From: Spirochaetia bacterium
Lineage (GTDB): Bacteria > Spirochaetota > Spirochaetia > UBA9216
NCBI GenBank assembly: GCA_963677925.2
Contig: CAXXYH010000003.1
Location: forward strand, 1,888,001 to 1,952,000
DNA: 64,000 nucleotides
Reading direction: 5' to 3'
The first letter of the stretch is position 1; the number at the start of each line of letters is the position of its first letter. The translations under genes were made by a program, and so were the position numbers. The notes under the pieces are model-generated. The model did no database searches, was not told the origin of the DNA, and was given only the letters and a program-made list of their open reading frames with translations. Below, one piece after another: positions 9,352-18,743 of this stretch.

Positions 9352-11571
9352 CTAACGTTCAATATTCATGGGAAATCTGATAGTAAAAACCGGAGACGGA
9401 GCTCGTCTCAGCTCAATATTTCCTTCTAATTGAACGACAAGAGCTGATATCAAACTTAGCCCCAGAGTCTCCGGATTATCAAAGTTCACATCCTTCGGAA
9501 AGGGTTTCCCTGAATTTGAAAGAATAAGCAGAAACTGATTATCAGTCTTATCTGCTTTGAAGCTTACAGAAAAACGGGCATCCAAAGAATCCGTGAACCC
9601 ATGTTTAATTGCATTGGTGGCTATTTCATTGATGATTAAACCAATTGAAATTGCCCGGCCTGTTTCTATGCGGATATCGTCCATATTTTTTTCCAGAAAA
9701 ACAGTTTTTTTGTTAAGAGAAAAAACTGACGAAAGCAGCTGCTGAGTGTAATCCTTGATATCAACCTGTGTGCTGTCTTCTCTCTGATACAGCAGTTTTT
9801 CATGTACAATCCGGATTGCATCAATCTGGCTGATAATATCAGATAAATCAATGTCTCCATTCATAGAGGCATTTTTCAGACTTATCAGAGAAGAGATCAT
9901 CATAAGATTATTTTTAACCCGATGATTTAATTCTTTCATCAGATAATCTTTTTCCTTTAAAGCCTTCTCCAATTCAGCTTCCTTTTTTTTCTGCTCACAT
10001 AATTCCCGAAATGAAATATAGCTTCTCTTCCTTCCCCGTCTGTCATTGAAAATGCAGCTGTTCAGTTCAACAGGGATGGATTCTCCTGATGCTGTTTTCA
10101 GAAGCAGTTCTCCTTTAAAATATCCCTTCTCTGTCCTCTGCAGAAGAGCATCGGGGAGTCTATCATCTGTAAGGTCTACAACAGAATTACGGCCGTGTTT
10201 TATCAGCTCCTGCTCTGTAGTCTGAAGAATCTCACAAGCCTTGCGGTTTGCCGAGAAAATGGGACCGTCCGGAGCTGTGAATAAAATACCATCCATACTG
10301 TTTTCGAATAAAAGCTTATATTTTTCATTATTTTCTATTGCTCTTTCTTCGGCAATTTTCCGGGTGGTTATATCCTGTGCAGCACCATGGATTTTTACTA
10401 TCCTGCCTTCTGCATCAAATTCTGCCTCGCCGCGCACCCACATCCAGCCGCGGCTTCCATCAATTTTTACTGTTTCCAGTTCAAGTTCATATGGAATACC
10501 TTTTTCAACAGTTTTTGACAAATTCTCCGTCAGCAGCTTCCAGCTTTCCGGGGTAAATATTTTCCCATGCTCATTGTAAGGGGGCGGCGGTTCGGCCGGA
10601 TCAAATCCATACATTTTATACAGTTCTTCCGACCAGGTAACCTCATTACTTGCAATATCAAGTCGCCAGTTACCTACATGTGCAATACGCTGTGATTCTC
10701 TTAAATCAGCAATACTGTTTTTGAGATTGTTTTCAAGCTTTCTCTGCTCTGTAATATCTTCAAAAACTGTGGCAAAACGACCGATTGAGGGGGCGAAAAC
10801 AGAAATCATAAAGTACTTTTTCATAGGAGGAAAAAAAACTTCAAACCGCTCTGCAATTCCTGTTTCAGCTACCCTTGCATAAACATCAAGATAGGGAGCC
10901 TGTTCAGTTTTATATACTTCAGTTGCAAGTCTGCCTGTAACATCTGCCTTCTTCAGATTGAGAATCTCTTCAAACTTAGGATTTACATCAAGGAGACGAT
11001 AGTCGGCAGCCCGGCCGTCACCATTATATACAAGCTCATGAAGGCAGATACCTTCAATAGTTGATTCAAATAACAACCGATACTGTTTTTCACTCTCCTG
11101 CAGTTCTTTTTCAATATCATATTTTTCAGTTACGTCATGAACGGCTGAATCTGATTTGACAGCTTCCTCGATTTTAAGGTTAGCATCAAAAAGTTTGAAA
11201 GCCATCTTAATAGATGCATCAAGCACTGTAATACCCGAACTTTTAACTACATACCCATATGAAGTTATTTTTTCGGTCCTTCCTACAATTTCGGGTTCCA
11301 TATGACTTGATAGAAAAACAATAGGCAGTTTATGCTCACTCAGAATGATTTCTGCCGCCTCTGTACCGTCAATTCCGACTCCCAAATCGATATCCATCAG
11401 AACAAGGTTGATACCCTCATCAGCAGAAACCACATCAACAGCCTGTTCGCCGGTATTGGCTGTAACAACTCTGTATCCATAGTCTTCCAGCTGCATTTTA
11501 TTTGACATGGCCAGTATGACTTCATCTTCAACCAGCAGTATTTTTTGGTTATCTACATTAATCATGCTCAT
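9352..11571 (-). CDS. Cytoplasmic sensor kinase REC-PAS-PAS-PAS-HisKA_2-HATPase
   Basis: ILLVEDE/LMDIDL receiver; three PAS/PAC segments; ELNHRVKNNL H-box; NEIATNAIKH; start moved from TTG 11640 to ATG 11571. Confidence 0.9.
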   Translation of the reverse strand: MSMINVDNQKILLVEDEVILAMSNKMQLEDYGYRVVTANTGEQAVDVVSADEGINLVLMDIDLGVGIDGTEAAEIILSEHKLPIVFLSSHMEPEIVGRTEKITSYGYVVKSSGITVLDASIKMAFKLFDANLKIEEAVKSDSAVHDVTEKYDIEKELQESEKQYRLLFESTIEGICLHELVYNGDGRAADYRLLDVNPKFEEILNLKKADVTGRLATEVYKTEQAPYLDVYARVAETGIAERFEVFFPPMKKYFMISVFAPSIGRFATVFEDITEQRKLENNLKNSIADLRESQRIAHVGNWRLDIASNEVTWSEELYKMYGFDPAEPPPPYNEHGKIFTPESWKLLTENLSKTVEKGIPYELELETVKIDGSRGWMWVRGEAEFDAEGRIVKIHGAAQDITTRKIAEERAIENNEKYKLLFENSMDGILFTAPDGPIFSANRKACEILQTTEQELIKHGRNSVVDLTDDRLPDALLQRTEKGYFKGELLLKTASGESIPVELNSCIFNDRRGRKRSYISFRELCEQKKKEAELEKALKEKDYLMKELNHRVKNNLMMISSLISLKNASMNGDIDLSDIISQIDAIRIVHEKLLYQREDSTQVDIKDYTQQLLSSVFSLNKKTVFLEKNMDDIRIETGRAISIGLIINEIATNAIKHGFTDSLDARFSVSFKADKTDNQFLLILSNSGKPFPKDVNFDNPETLGLSLISALVVQLEGNIELRRAPSPVFTIRFPMNIER

Positions 11572-11683
11572 CTCTCGCTTTGACTCTTCGGTTAAATTAC
11601 AGCTCCTTTTTAAGGATAATCTATTTACAGCACTTGTCAAACTAAGGATTGTTTTTTAACTAATTTAGTCCCCTTTCCCAATA

Positions 11684-11723
11684 TTGACAAAAACCAACCT
11701 ATTGTGTATATTTTTATCGATAT
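11684..11723 (+). promoter_or_regulatory. sigma70-type promoter plus 17-nt element shared with the 6071 promoter
   Basis: TTGACA(11684)-N17-TATATTTTTATCGATAT(11707-11723). Confidence 0.75.
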
Positions 11724-11768
11724 AAAACTACTGTTTTAATATCAAATAACCTCAGGGGGGAACATTTA

Positions 11769-13232
11769 ATGAGTAATGTAAAACTTACAAGCAATCTGAA
11801 CAAACAGGTACTGGTAAATATTATAAAGGCTTTTGACTCGGTGGATTTCCCCTCATCAGCCTATAAAATTCCATACCGGATGAGGCCTAAACACAGTGAT
11901 GCTCAGTACAGATGCTGTATTCATAAAGAAAGAGCTGCTATCCGGGAGCGGGTAATTGCCGGACTGGGATTTTCTGTAAGTGAAGACAACCATGAGAAAC
12001 CGCTCTTTGATTACGCCTATGAGGCACTCGAAAGAACCAGGCCCTCGGACCAGGTAATAACGGCCATAGATACCGCCTGTAAGGGATGTGTTCCGGTACA
12101 GATTCACGTAACCGATATGTGTCAGGGCTGTGTAGCCCAATCATGTGTAGCATCCTGTAAATTCAATGCAATAAGCATTGTTAACGGAAAAGCCGCAATC
12201 GATCCGAAACTCTGCAAGAACTGCACTAAATGTATAGGCGCATGCTCATACAGCGCCATAGCAAAACTCAGGGTCCCCTGCGAAGAGGTCTGCCCGGTCA
12301 AAGCCATCAGCAAGAATGAGCTTGGTGTAGTTGAGGTCGATCATGAACGCTGTATAAGCTGCGGAGCCTGTGTCTCGGGATGCCCATTCGGTGCTGTTAA
12401 TGAAAGAAGCCAGATTATCGATGTACTTAAGGCGATACGAAGCGACAGACCTGTGGTTGCCATGCTTGCGCCATCAATGGAAGGCCAGTTTCCCGAATCA
12501 ATACGGAAACTTGCCACAGCACTGGTTTCGATGGGCTTTGACCATGTACTGGAAGCGGCAGAAGGTGCTGATATAACAACCAGACACGAGGCGGAGGAAT
12601 TTGCTCACAAGATGAATGAAGGGAACCCCTTCATGACCACATCCTGCTGTGCTGCATACAGGGAACTTGTGGCAAAACATGTGCCTGAACTTAAAGACTA
12701 TATATCAGAAACGCCCACGCCCATGCATTATACTGCAGAAATTGCCAAAGAACGGTATGAGAACTGCATTACGGTATTTATAGGCCCCTGTATGGCCAAG
12801 CGAAAAGAAGCAATTTACGATGACGATGTTGATTTTGTTATGAGTGCCGAGGAAATCGGTGCAATGCTGGTCGCCAGGGGAATTGAACTGAGCGAATGCG
12901 AGGACTACTTCTTCCAGAGCGCATCATCAAAAGAGGCCCGGGAGTTTGCCGTAAGCGGCGGAGTATCTGCAGCAGTTAAATCGGCAGCCGGTCAGGATGC
13001 AGAGGTAAAACCCTTCTGCGTAGACGGTCTGGACCGCAAAACGATTGCCCTGCTTAAATCCTTTGCAAAAAAGGGTGCATGCAGCGAAGGCAATCTCATT
13101 GAGGTAATGGCCTGTCAGGGCGGCTGCGTCGGCGGTTCATCAATAGTCAACACATCAAAAGCCGCAGCGGCAAAGGTGAAAGCCTATGCAGAGCAGGGTA
13201 TATCAATAAACAGCTGCTGCGCTTCAGTCTGA
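11769..13232 (+). CDS. Monomeric group B [FeFe]-hydrogenase (HfsD-like)
   Basis: YRCCIHKER N-terminus, multiple CxxCxxCxxxC ferredoxin motifs, TTSCCAAY, GPCMAKRKEA, EVMACQGGCVGG. Confidence 0.9.
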   Translation: MSNVKLTSNLNKQVLVNIIKAFDSVDFPSSAYKIPYRMRPKHSDAQYRCCIHKERAAIRERVIAGLGFSVSEDNHEKPLFDYAYEALERTRPSDQVITAIDTACKGCVPVQIHVTDMCQGCVAQSCVASCKFNAISIVNGKAAIDPKLCKNCTKCIGACSYSAIAKLRVPCEEVCPVKAISKNELGVVEVDHERCISCGACVSGCPFGAVNERSQIIDVLKAIRSDRPVVAMLAPSMEGQFPESIRKLATALVSMGFDHVLEAAEGADITTRHEAEEFAHKMNEGNPFMTTSCCAAYRELVAKHVPELKDYISETPTPMHYTAEIAKERYENCITVFIGPCMAKRKEAIYDDDVDFVMSAEEIGAMLVARGIELSECEDYFFQSASSKEAREFAVSGGVSAAVKSAAGQDAEVKPFCVDGLDRKTIALLKSFAKKGACSEGNLIEVMACQGGCVGGSSIVNTSKAAAAKVKAYAEQGISINSCCASV

Positions 13233-13340
13233 ACAGTCTGGCCCCGGACAGCGGGGCTACAAATGCCAGAAATAATTGATATTTTTTTATATTTGGGAAT
13301 TCGGGTAAAATTTTATTATCTTATATAGACAGGAGTTTAT

Positions 13341-14297
13341 ATGAATACTAAAAGATTACTAATTAATAATACAGATTTGAATGTTTCACCAATAAATTTC
13401 GGAGGAAATGTATTCGGATGGACGCTTGACGAGAAAAAGTCGTTTGACATACTCGACAAATTCACTGAAGGCGGATTCAATTTCATTGACACTGCAGATA
13501 TTTACTCGCACTGGGTAAGCGGCAGCAATGGCGGAGAGTCTGAAACTATAATCGGCAAATGGTTTAACTCCAGAAAAAACCGGAAGGATATTATTCTGGC
13601 AACAAAGACCGGGGGAGCATCCTCCCATCATCCGGTAGATACAAGCAGAGCGCATATTCTGAAAAGCGTCGATGACAGTCTAAAAAGGCTGCAGACCGAT
13701 TATATCGACCTCTATTATACTCACTTCGATGATGAGAAAACCCCGGTAGAGGAAACCCTGTCCGCATACGATGAGATTATAAAGGCAGGAAAGGTGCGCT
13801 ACATAGCTGCATCAAATATTTCACCGGCCCGGTTTACTGAATCTATGGACACTGCCGAGAAGAACAGCCTGCCCTCCTACGTTGCTCTGCAGCCTCATTA
13901 CAATCTTATAGTCAGAGACAAGTTTGAGAATGAATATGCCCCGATGGTAAAAAAATACAACTTGAGTGTTTTTACATACTGGTCCCTGGAGGCAGGATTT
14001 CTTACAGGCAAGTACCGCAAGGATGAGGACTTCGAAGCCAGTGTGAGAGGCGGAGGCATAAAGCAGCATTTTAACGACAGGGGAAAAGCAGTTCTGAAAG
14101 CCCTTGATGAAGTATCCGCAAAGCACGAAAGTACTCCAGCCGCTGTCTCACTTGCGTGGCTTATGGCAAATCCGCTGGTTACAGCACCGATAGTAAGTGC
14201 AACAAGTGAATCTCAGCTTAATACAATTTTTTCATCTGTGGAGCTTAAGCTTGATACTGAAGATATAGAAAAACTGACAGCTGCCGGAGATGCGTAA
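13341..14297 (+). CDS. Aldo/keto reductase
   Basis: FGGNVFG, IDTADIY, SLKRLQTDYIDLYYTH, LQPHYNL. Confidence 0.93.
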   Translation: MNTKRLLINNTDLNVSPINFGGNVFGWTLDEKKSFDILDKFTEGGFNFIDTADIYSHWVSGSNGGESETIIGKWFNSRKNRKDIILATKTGGASSHHPVDTSRAHILKSVDDSLKRLQTDYIDLYYTHFDDEKTPVEETLSAYDEIIKAGKVRYIAASNISPARFTESMDTAEKNSLPSYVALQPHYNLIVRDKFENEYAPMVKKYNLSVFTYWSLEAGFLTGKYRKDEDFEASVRGGGIKQHFNDRGKAVLKALDEVSAKHESTPAAVSLAWLMANPLVTAPIVSATSESQLNTIFSSVELKLDTEDIEKLTAAGDA

Positions 14298-14358
14298 AAC
14301 TTGTAAAAAACACACAACTATGATAGCGTCATAGCATCAAGCAAACAAGGAAAGGCAT

Positions 14359-14820
14359 TTGGAATCCGGACTGGACAAGACTGACAATGAAATTGTAAAA
14401 CTTCTTAAGGTTAACGGCAGGATGCCAAATACCGACATAGCCAAACAGATTGGAATATCTGAGGCTACTGTACGAAACCGGATTAAGCGGCTGCTTGATG
14501 AGAACTACATATCAATAGTTGCCGTTCCAAACCATGTAAAACTTGGATATGAGGTAGCCGGTAACATTCACCTGAAAATTGAAACATCAAAGCTGAAGGC
14601 AATAATTGCCGAGCTTAAGAAACTTCAGGAACTTGAATACATCGCGCATACTTCGGGTGATTCGCAGATAGAAGTCGATTTCAGCGTGACCAATATGGAA
14701 GAACTTCATATCCTCCTCACTGAAAAGATTGGCAGGATTGAAGGAGTCCTTGAATACCGATATTACATAGCAATTCAGTACTTCAAGGACACATATAATA
14801 TGCGGAAAATGCTGTCGTAA
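14359..14820 (+). CDS. Lrp/AsnC-family transcriptional regulator
   Basis: LDKTDNEIVKLL...GRMPNTDIAKQIGISEATVRNRIKRL HTH plus RAM domain; TTG start. Confidence 0.92.
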   Translation: MESGLDKTDNEIVKLLKVNGRMPNTDIAKQIGISEATVRNRIKRLLDENYISIVAVPNHVKLGYEVAGNIHLKIETSKLKAIIAELKKLQELEYIAHTSGDSQIEVDFSVTNMEELHILLTEKIGRIEGVLEYRYYIAIQYFKDTYNMRKMLS

Positions 14821-14843
14821 TGTATTTAAAACAAAACAATACC

Positions 14844-14872
14844 AAAGGGGGTCCTGCAAAGAACCCCCTTTT
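14844..14872. terminator. Bidirectional intrinsic terminator
   Basis: AAAGGGGGT...ACCCCCTTTT hairpin between convergent genes. Confidence 0.7.
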
Positions 14873-14879
14873 ATTATTT

Positions 14880-16532
14880 TTACTTAGCCTGAATATTAAA
14901 GAATGTAAGCGGATTTATCCATGATGACAGACCGCCCATTGCAGGAGTGTATCCTGTGAAGTCTTCTGAATTAACAGGACATATCACCTGAGCTCTGAAC
15001 ATTACTCCGAAAGGGAGATCCTCTGAAAGGATTTTCTGCATTTCTTTTCTGTACATGTTCTTTTCTTCGAGAGAACTTGCAGCCATCATATTATCCATCG
15101 CGGTGTCAAATTCACTGCTGTTGTAATACGAGGTATTCCAGCCTGAACCGCCGTTGTCCCAGCCTCTAAAGTAATCCCAGAACCATTCGCCGTTCGGACC
15201 GGGGCCGTCAGATGAAAGTGCAAAATCAAACTGATCCTCATCCGGAGCATAGATGAAATCGTAGAATGTGTCCTGGTCAACCATCTTAAGCTGAATATCA
15301 AGACCGATTTCTCTAAGCATCTCGCCGATGATTGTTCCTGATTTTACGTTAACCGCATAGGCGGAACTTATCAGGAATTCAAAGCTGAGGTTGCCGCTTC
15401 CGTTTTTATTATTTCTGATTCCGTCTCCGTCGGTATCAACATAACCTGCAGCATCAAGAATTGATGCTGCCTTTACCGGGTCATAGGGATATCTGGTGAC
15501 GTCATCGTTGTACCAGTCAAGTTCCTCATAAACAAGGCTGTCTGCAGGTTCACAGTAGCCGAGAAATGCCATATCAATCACCCTGTCGACATCGATGGCG
15601 GTCATAATAGCCTTTCTGACCTCGACATCTTCTACGCCGCTGACTTTATGCAGATTAAAGTTCAGCCAGGTAAGGTTCAGGCCCGGAGAAAGGATTATAT
15701 CCATTCCATCCTTGTTCTCAAATTCCTGGGCAACAACCGGAGAGACGCCAAGATAACCCAGCATGTCAATTTCTCCGTTTTTAAGAGCCATGTTTCTTGT
15801 ATCTTCGGTTCCGTAGATTTTGAAAATAATTTCATCAACACCGGGTTTTCCAGCCCAGTAATTTTCATTAGCCTCAAGCCAGACGTACTGTCCGGCTTTA
15901 AATTCTTTCACTTTATATGGCCCTGAACCAGGCATATGCTCGTTCGGATATGACTTCATGTCATCCTTGTATTCTTCCCAAATATGTTTTGGGAGAACCG
16001 GTCCCCAGTACATCGGCAGATAAGGCATTCCGAAAGTGTTTGTCATTGTTATCTCGATTGTATAATCATCTATAACTTTCATTGACTCATACTCAAAATC
16101 AACCATATCCCATGCAGGATCGGATTTCGGAAGGTAGTCAAATGTGAACTCAACATCATATGCAGTAAGCGGTGCGCCATCGTGAAAGGTAACATCATCT
16201 CTCAGATAGAAAGTCCAGGTCTTCATATCATCAGAATGCTCCCAGCGTTCTGCAAGCATGGGTTTAACTGCATAATTCTCATCTTCAGCGCCCATAATCC
16301 AGAGCTGATCATAGCAGAGCTGCCAGAGAACACAGCCCATCTCAAGGTACTGCCAGTCTTCATCAACAATTGTGTTATCAAGGCTCTGACCGTCGGTCCA
16401 GCCTACATTCAGCCTTATCTTCTCTGCCTTATCAGATTCCTGCGAACCGGCGGCGAACAGAGAACTGACAGTAAATAAAGCAAGCAGCACAAGCGTAAGC
16501 AGCAGTTTGCCTGATTTTAAATTTAATTTCAT
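14880..16532 (-). CDS. ABC transporter substrate-binding protein, family 5 (peptide/nickel type)
   Basis: LFAAGSQE signal, PMLAERWE, FYLRDDVTFHDGAPLTAYDVEFT, GSGPYKV, VRKAI. Confidence 0.92.
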   Translation of the reverse strand: MKLNLKSGKLLLTLVLLALFTVSSLFAAGSQESDKAEKIRLNVGWTDGQSLDNTIVDEDWQYLEMGCVLWQLCYDQLWIMGAEDENYAVKPMLAERWEHSDDMKTWTFYLRDDVTFHDGAPLTAYDVEFTFDYLPKSDPAWDMVDFEYESMKVIDDYTIEITMTNTFGMPYLPMYWGPVLPKHIWEEYKDDMKSYPNEHMPGSGPYKVKEFKAGQYVWLEANENYWAGKPGVDEIIFKIYGTEDTRNMALKNGEIDMLGYLGVSPVVAQEFENKDGMDIILSPGLNLTWLNFNLHKVSGVEDVEVRKAIMTAIDVDRVIDMAFLGYCEPADSLVYEELDWYNDDVTRYPYDPVKAASILDAAGYVDTDGDGIRNNKNGSGNLSFEFLISSAYAVNVKSGTIIGEMLREIGLDIQLKMVDQDTFYDFIYAPDEDQFDFALSSDGPGPNGEWFWDYFRGWDNGGSGWNTSYYNSSEFDTAMDNMMAASSLEEKNMYRKEMQKILSEDLPFGVMFRAQVICPVNSEDFTGYTPAMGGLSSWINPLTFFNIQAK

Positions 16533-16560
16533 TTTCTTCTCCTCATTTTTTTAAATAAGG

Positions 16561-16577
16561 AGCAAGGTCTGTGCCAA
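16561..16577 (-). promoter_or_regulatory. sigma54 (-24/-12) promoter
   Basis: Minus strand TTGGCACAGACCTTGCT: GG-N10-GC, about 30 nt upstream of the SBP ATG. Confidence 0.75.
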
Positions 16578-16743
16578 TCATCAGAAAAGCTGCAGGCTTC
16601 GCAGATAAGTTCTTTATATACAAAGAATAGTTTTATATGTAAATTTATCAGGTTTTATCATTCACATACATATTTGTAGGATTACAGCAACACTGACACA
16701 TAAATGTATGATATTCGCATGCTAAACAACTCTTTTCGTAATT

Positions 16744-16778
16744 AAAAAGCGCTCTTGATACGAAACCAAGAGCGCTTT
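16744..16778 (-). terminator. Intrinsic terminator after the amidohydrolase gene
   Basis: AAAGCGCTCTTG-N9-CAAGAGCGCTTT 12-bp stem, T-run on the minus strand. Confidence 0.75.
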
Positions 16779-16806
16779 AACGAAATACTGCAAGAATGCC
16801 GGCATC

Positions 16807-18579
16807 TTATTCTGCCTGAAACACCTTCTTTCCTTCAAAAAAGGTCATTAGCACCTTCAGTTCGGAAACATCTTCGATATCAGCTTCAAATACATTCCGA
16901 TCCAGAACAATAAGGTCGGCAAGCTTTCCGGGTTCAATTGAACCGAGATCCTTTTCAAGGAAATCTGCCCTTGCACCGTTAATGGTTGCAGCCTCTACAG
17001 CTTCTTCCATTGTCATGCATTCCTCAGCGGAGCCTAGCGGACCAATCATTCCCGGCTCAAGCATTATTGAATGATCGGTTGTTCTTACTGTTTTATCCGC
17101 ATCCGGACCTTTCTCGGCTCTGAACACCTTTTCAGGCTGGGTTCTGGTAACAGCACTGTAGAGAGCCCATCCGTAATCCGGATCCGTGACCGAGAAATCA
17201 CAGTGAAATGAGGTATTAAGCCCGGCTTTCATCAGGCTGGCTCCGGGGTACTGCCTGTTAAAGGCACGCTCAGCCCCCAGATATGGATAATAAAGCTCCC
17301 AGTAATAATCATCAATTATTGACCAGTAGGGTGCAATCACTGCATTCATACCCATATCGACCATCCGCTTCACATCTGCATCATCTATTACCTGAACATG
17401 CACAAAGGTATGGCGTGAATCACGCTCACCGTTTTTATCTCTGGCGTATTCAAGGGCATCAAGTCCGTAAGAAGCAGCTGCATCGCCAATCTGATGAATA
17501 TGCAGGTTATATCCTTCTGCGTCGATCTTCCGGAAGGCCTCATTTAGAAAATCCTGCTCCCAGACTTTTATTCCGTACCAGTTGTCGTCTCTATGCATAT
17601 ATGGCTCTTTCATGTAGCCGGTTTCTTCTTCAATTACCTGGTCAACAAAAAATTTAAAAGACTGTACCTGCCAGTGCGGAGTCTGAAAGGTATTGGAAAG
17701 CTCTAGTCCCTTTGCAATCAGTTCATCAAGCGACATCTCGGGTTTAAAATCTTCCGCCTGTCCGTCTCCTCCGCCGACCATTTCAGGAGTAACCATCCAG
17801 GATCCACGGTAGCGGACAGTCAGCCGGCCCTCTCTGGCAAGTTCCTCATATGCATTATAATAATCCGGATTAAAGTATACGATTGCGTCATGACAGCTGG
17901 TAAGACCGACAGAATTAAACCATTTTTGCAGCCACAAAAGGCCCTGCTTATACTGTTCTTTGGTCGGCGCGGGAAACAGGGCATTGATAGGGTCTCTGGC
18001 CGATTCAGTCAGAAGTCCCGTCGGTTCTCCTGTAGCAGGATCTTTTTTGATTACCCCTCCTGCAGGATCGGGTGTTTCAGATGTAATGCCTGCCATTTCA
18101 AGAGCCTTCGTATTCACCCAGACTGAATGCCCGTCTACAGAATCAAGAGCCATCGGCCGGTCAGAGACAATGGCATCGAGGTCTTCCTTCACAGGACCCG
18201 CCTCTCCGAATGCCGATCTCAGATATCCGCCTCCGATGTAGTATTCAGAATCCGGATTATTCTTAACAAACGCTCTGATCCTTTCAAGATATTCGTCCCT
18301 GGTAAAAGCGCCTCGAAGCTGAATGTGATACAGATAGGGAACAGCGCACCTGGCTGGATGCATATGGGAATCAACAAAGGCAGGCATTAAAAGTTTGCCT
18401 TCAAGATCGATAACCTCGGTGGATTCTCCTGCATATTTTTTAATCTCTTCTCCTGTGCCTACAGCAATGATGCGGCCGTCTTTTACAGCAACAGCTTCTG
18501 CCCTGCTTCTGTGCTCATCAACCGTGTAAACAAAAGCATTTGTCAGAATAAGCTCTGCAATATTTTTATTTTCATTCAT
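16807..18579 (-). CDS. Amidohydrolase 3 family (YtcJ-like) metal-dependent hydrolase
   Basis: PAFVDSHMH, DGHSVWVNTKAL, IHQIGD, HTFVHVQ, GSIEPGKLADLIVLD. Confidence 0.92.
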   Translation of the reverse strand: MNENKNIAELILTNAFVYTVDEHRSRAEAVAVKDGRIIAVGTGEEIKKYAGESTEVIDLEGKLLMPAFVDSHMHPARCAVPYLYHIQLRGAFTRDEYLERIRAFVKNNPDSEYYIGGGYLRSAFGEAGPVKEDLDAIVSDRPMALDSVDGHSVWVNTKALEMAGITSETPDPAGGVIKKDPATGEPTGLLTESARDPINALFPAPTKEQYKQGLLWLQKWFNSVGLTSCHDAIVYFNPDYYNAYEELAREGRLTVRYRGSWMVTPEMVGGGDGQAEDFKPEMSLDELIAKGLELSNTFQTPHWQVQSFKFFVDQVIEEETGYMKEPYMHRDDNWYGIKVWEQDFLNEAFRKIDAEGYNLHIHQIGDAAASYGLDALEYARDKNGERDSRHTFVHVQVIDDADVKRMVDMGMNAVIAPYWSIIDDYYWELYYPYLGAERAFNRQYPGASLMKAGLNTSFHCDFSVTDPDYGWALYSAVTRTQPEKVFRAEKGPDADKTVRTTDHSIMLEPGMIGPLGSAEECMTMEEAVEAATINGARADFLEKDLGSIEPGKLADLIVLDRNVFEADIEDVSELKVLMTFFEGKKVFQAE

Positions 18580-18693
18580 GTTTTTCTACCTCAGCCGTAG
18601 TATTTCGATTTTTTAAAAATATAACAAGATAATTTACTGTCATAAATGTAAAATAATCTTGCGCATATCAATATCTCATGCTACATTGCCTCT

Positions 18694-18723
18694 ATATTCG
18701 TATTTTTAATACGATATTCGTAT
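18694..18723. promoter_or_regulatory. Putative operator: direct and inverted repeats
   Basis: ATATTCGTAT at 18694 and 18714; TCGTATT-TTT-AATACGA palindrome at 18698-18714. Confidence 0.45.
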
Positions 18724-18743
18724 ATCAAAAATTGGAGGGTTCT

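Noticed and set aside
13240-13258. GC hairpin after the group B hydrogenase
   Set aside because: Short imperfect stem without a U-tract; not enough to call a terminator
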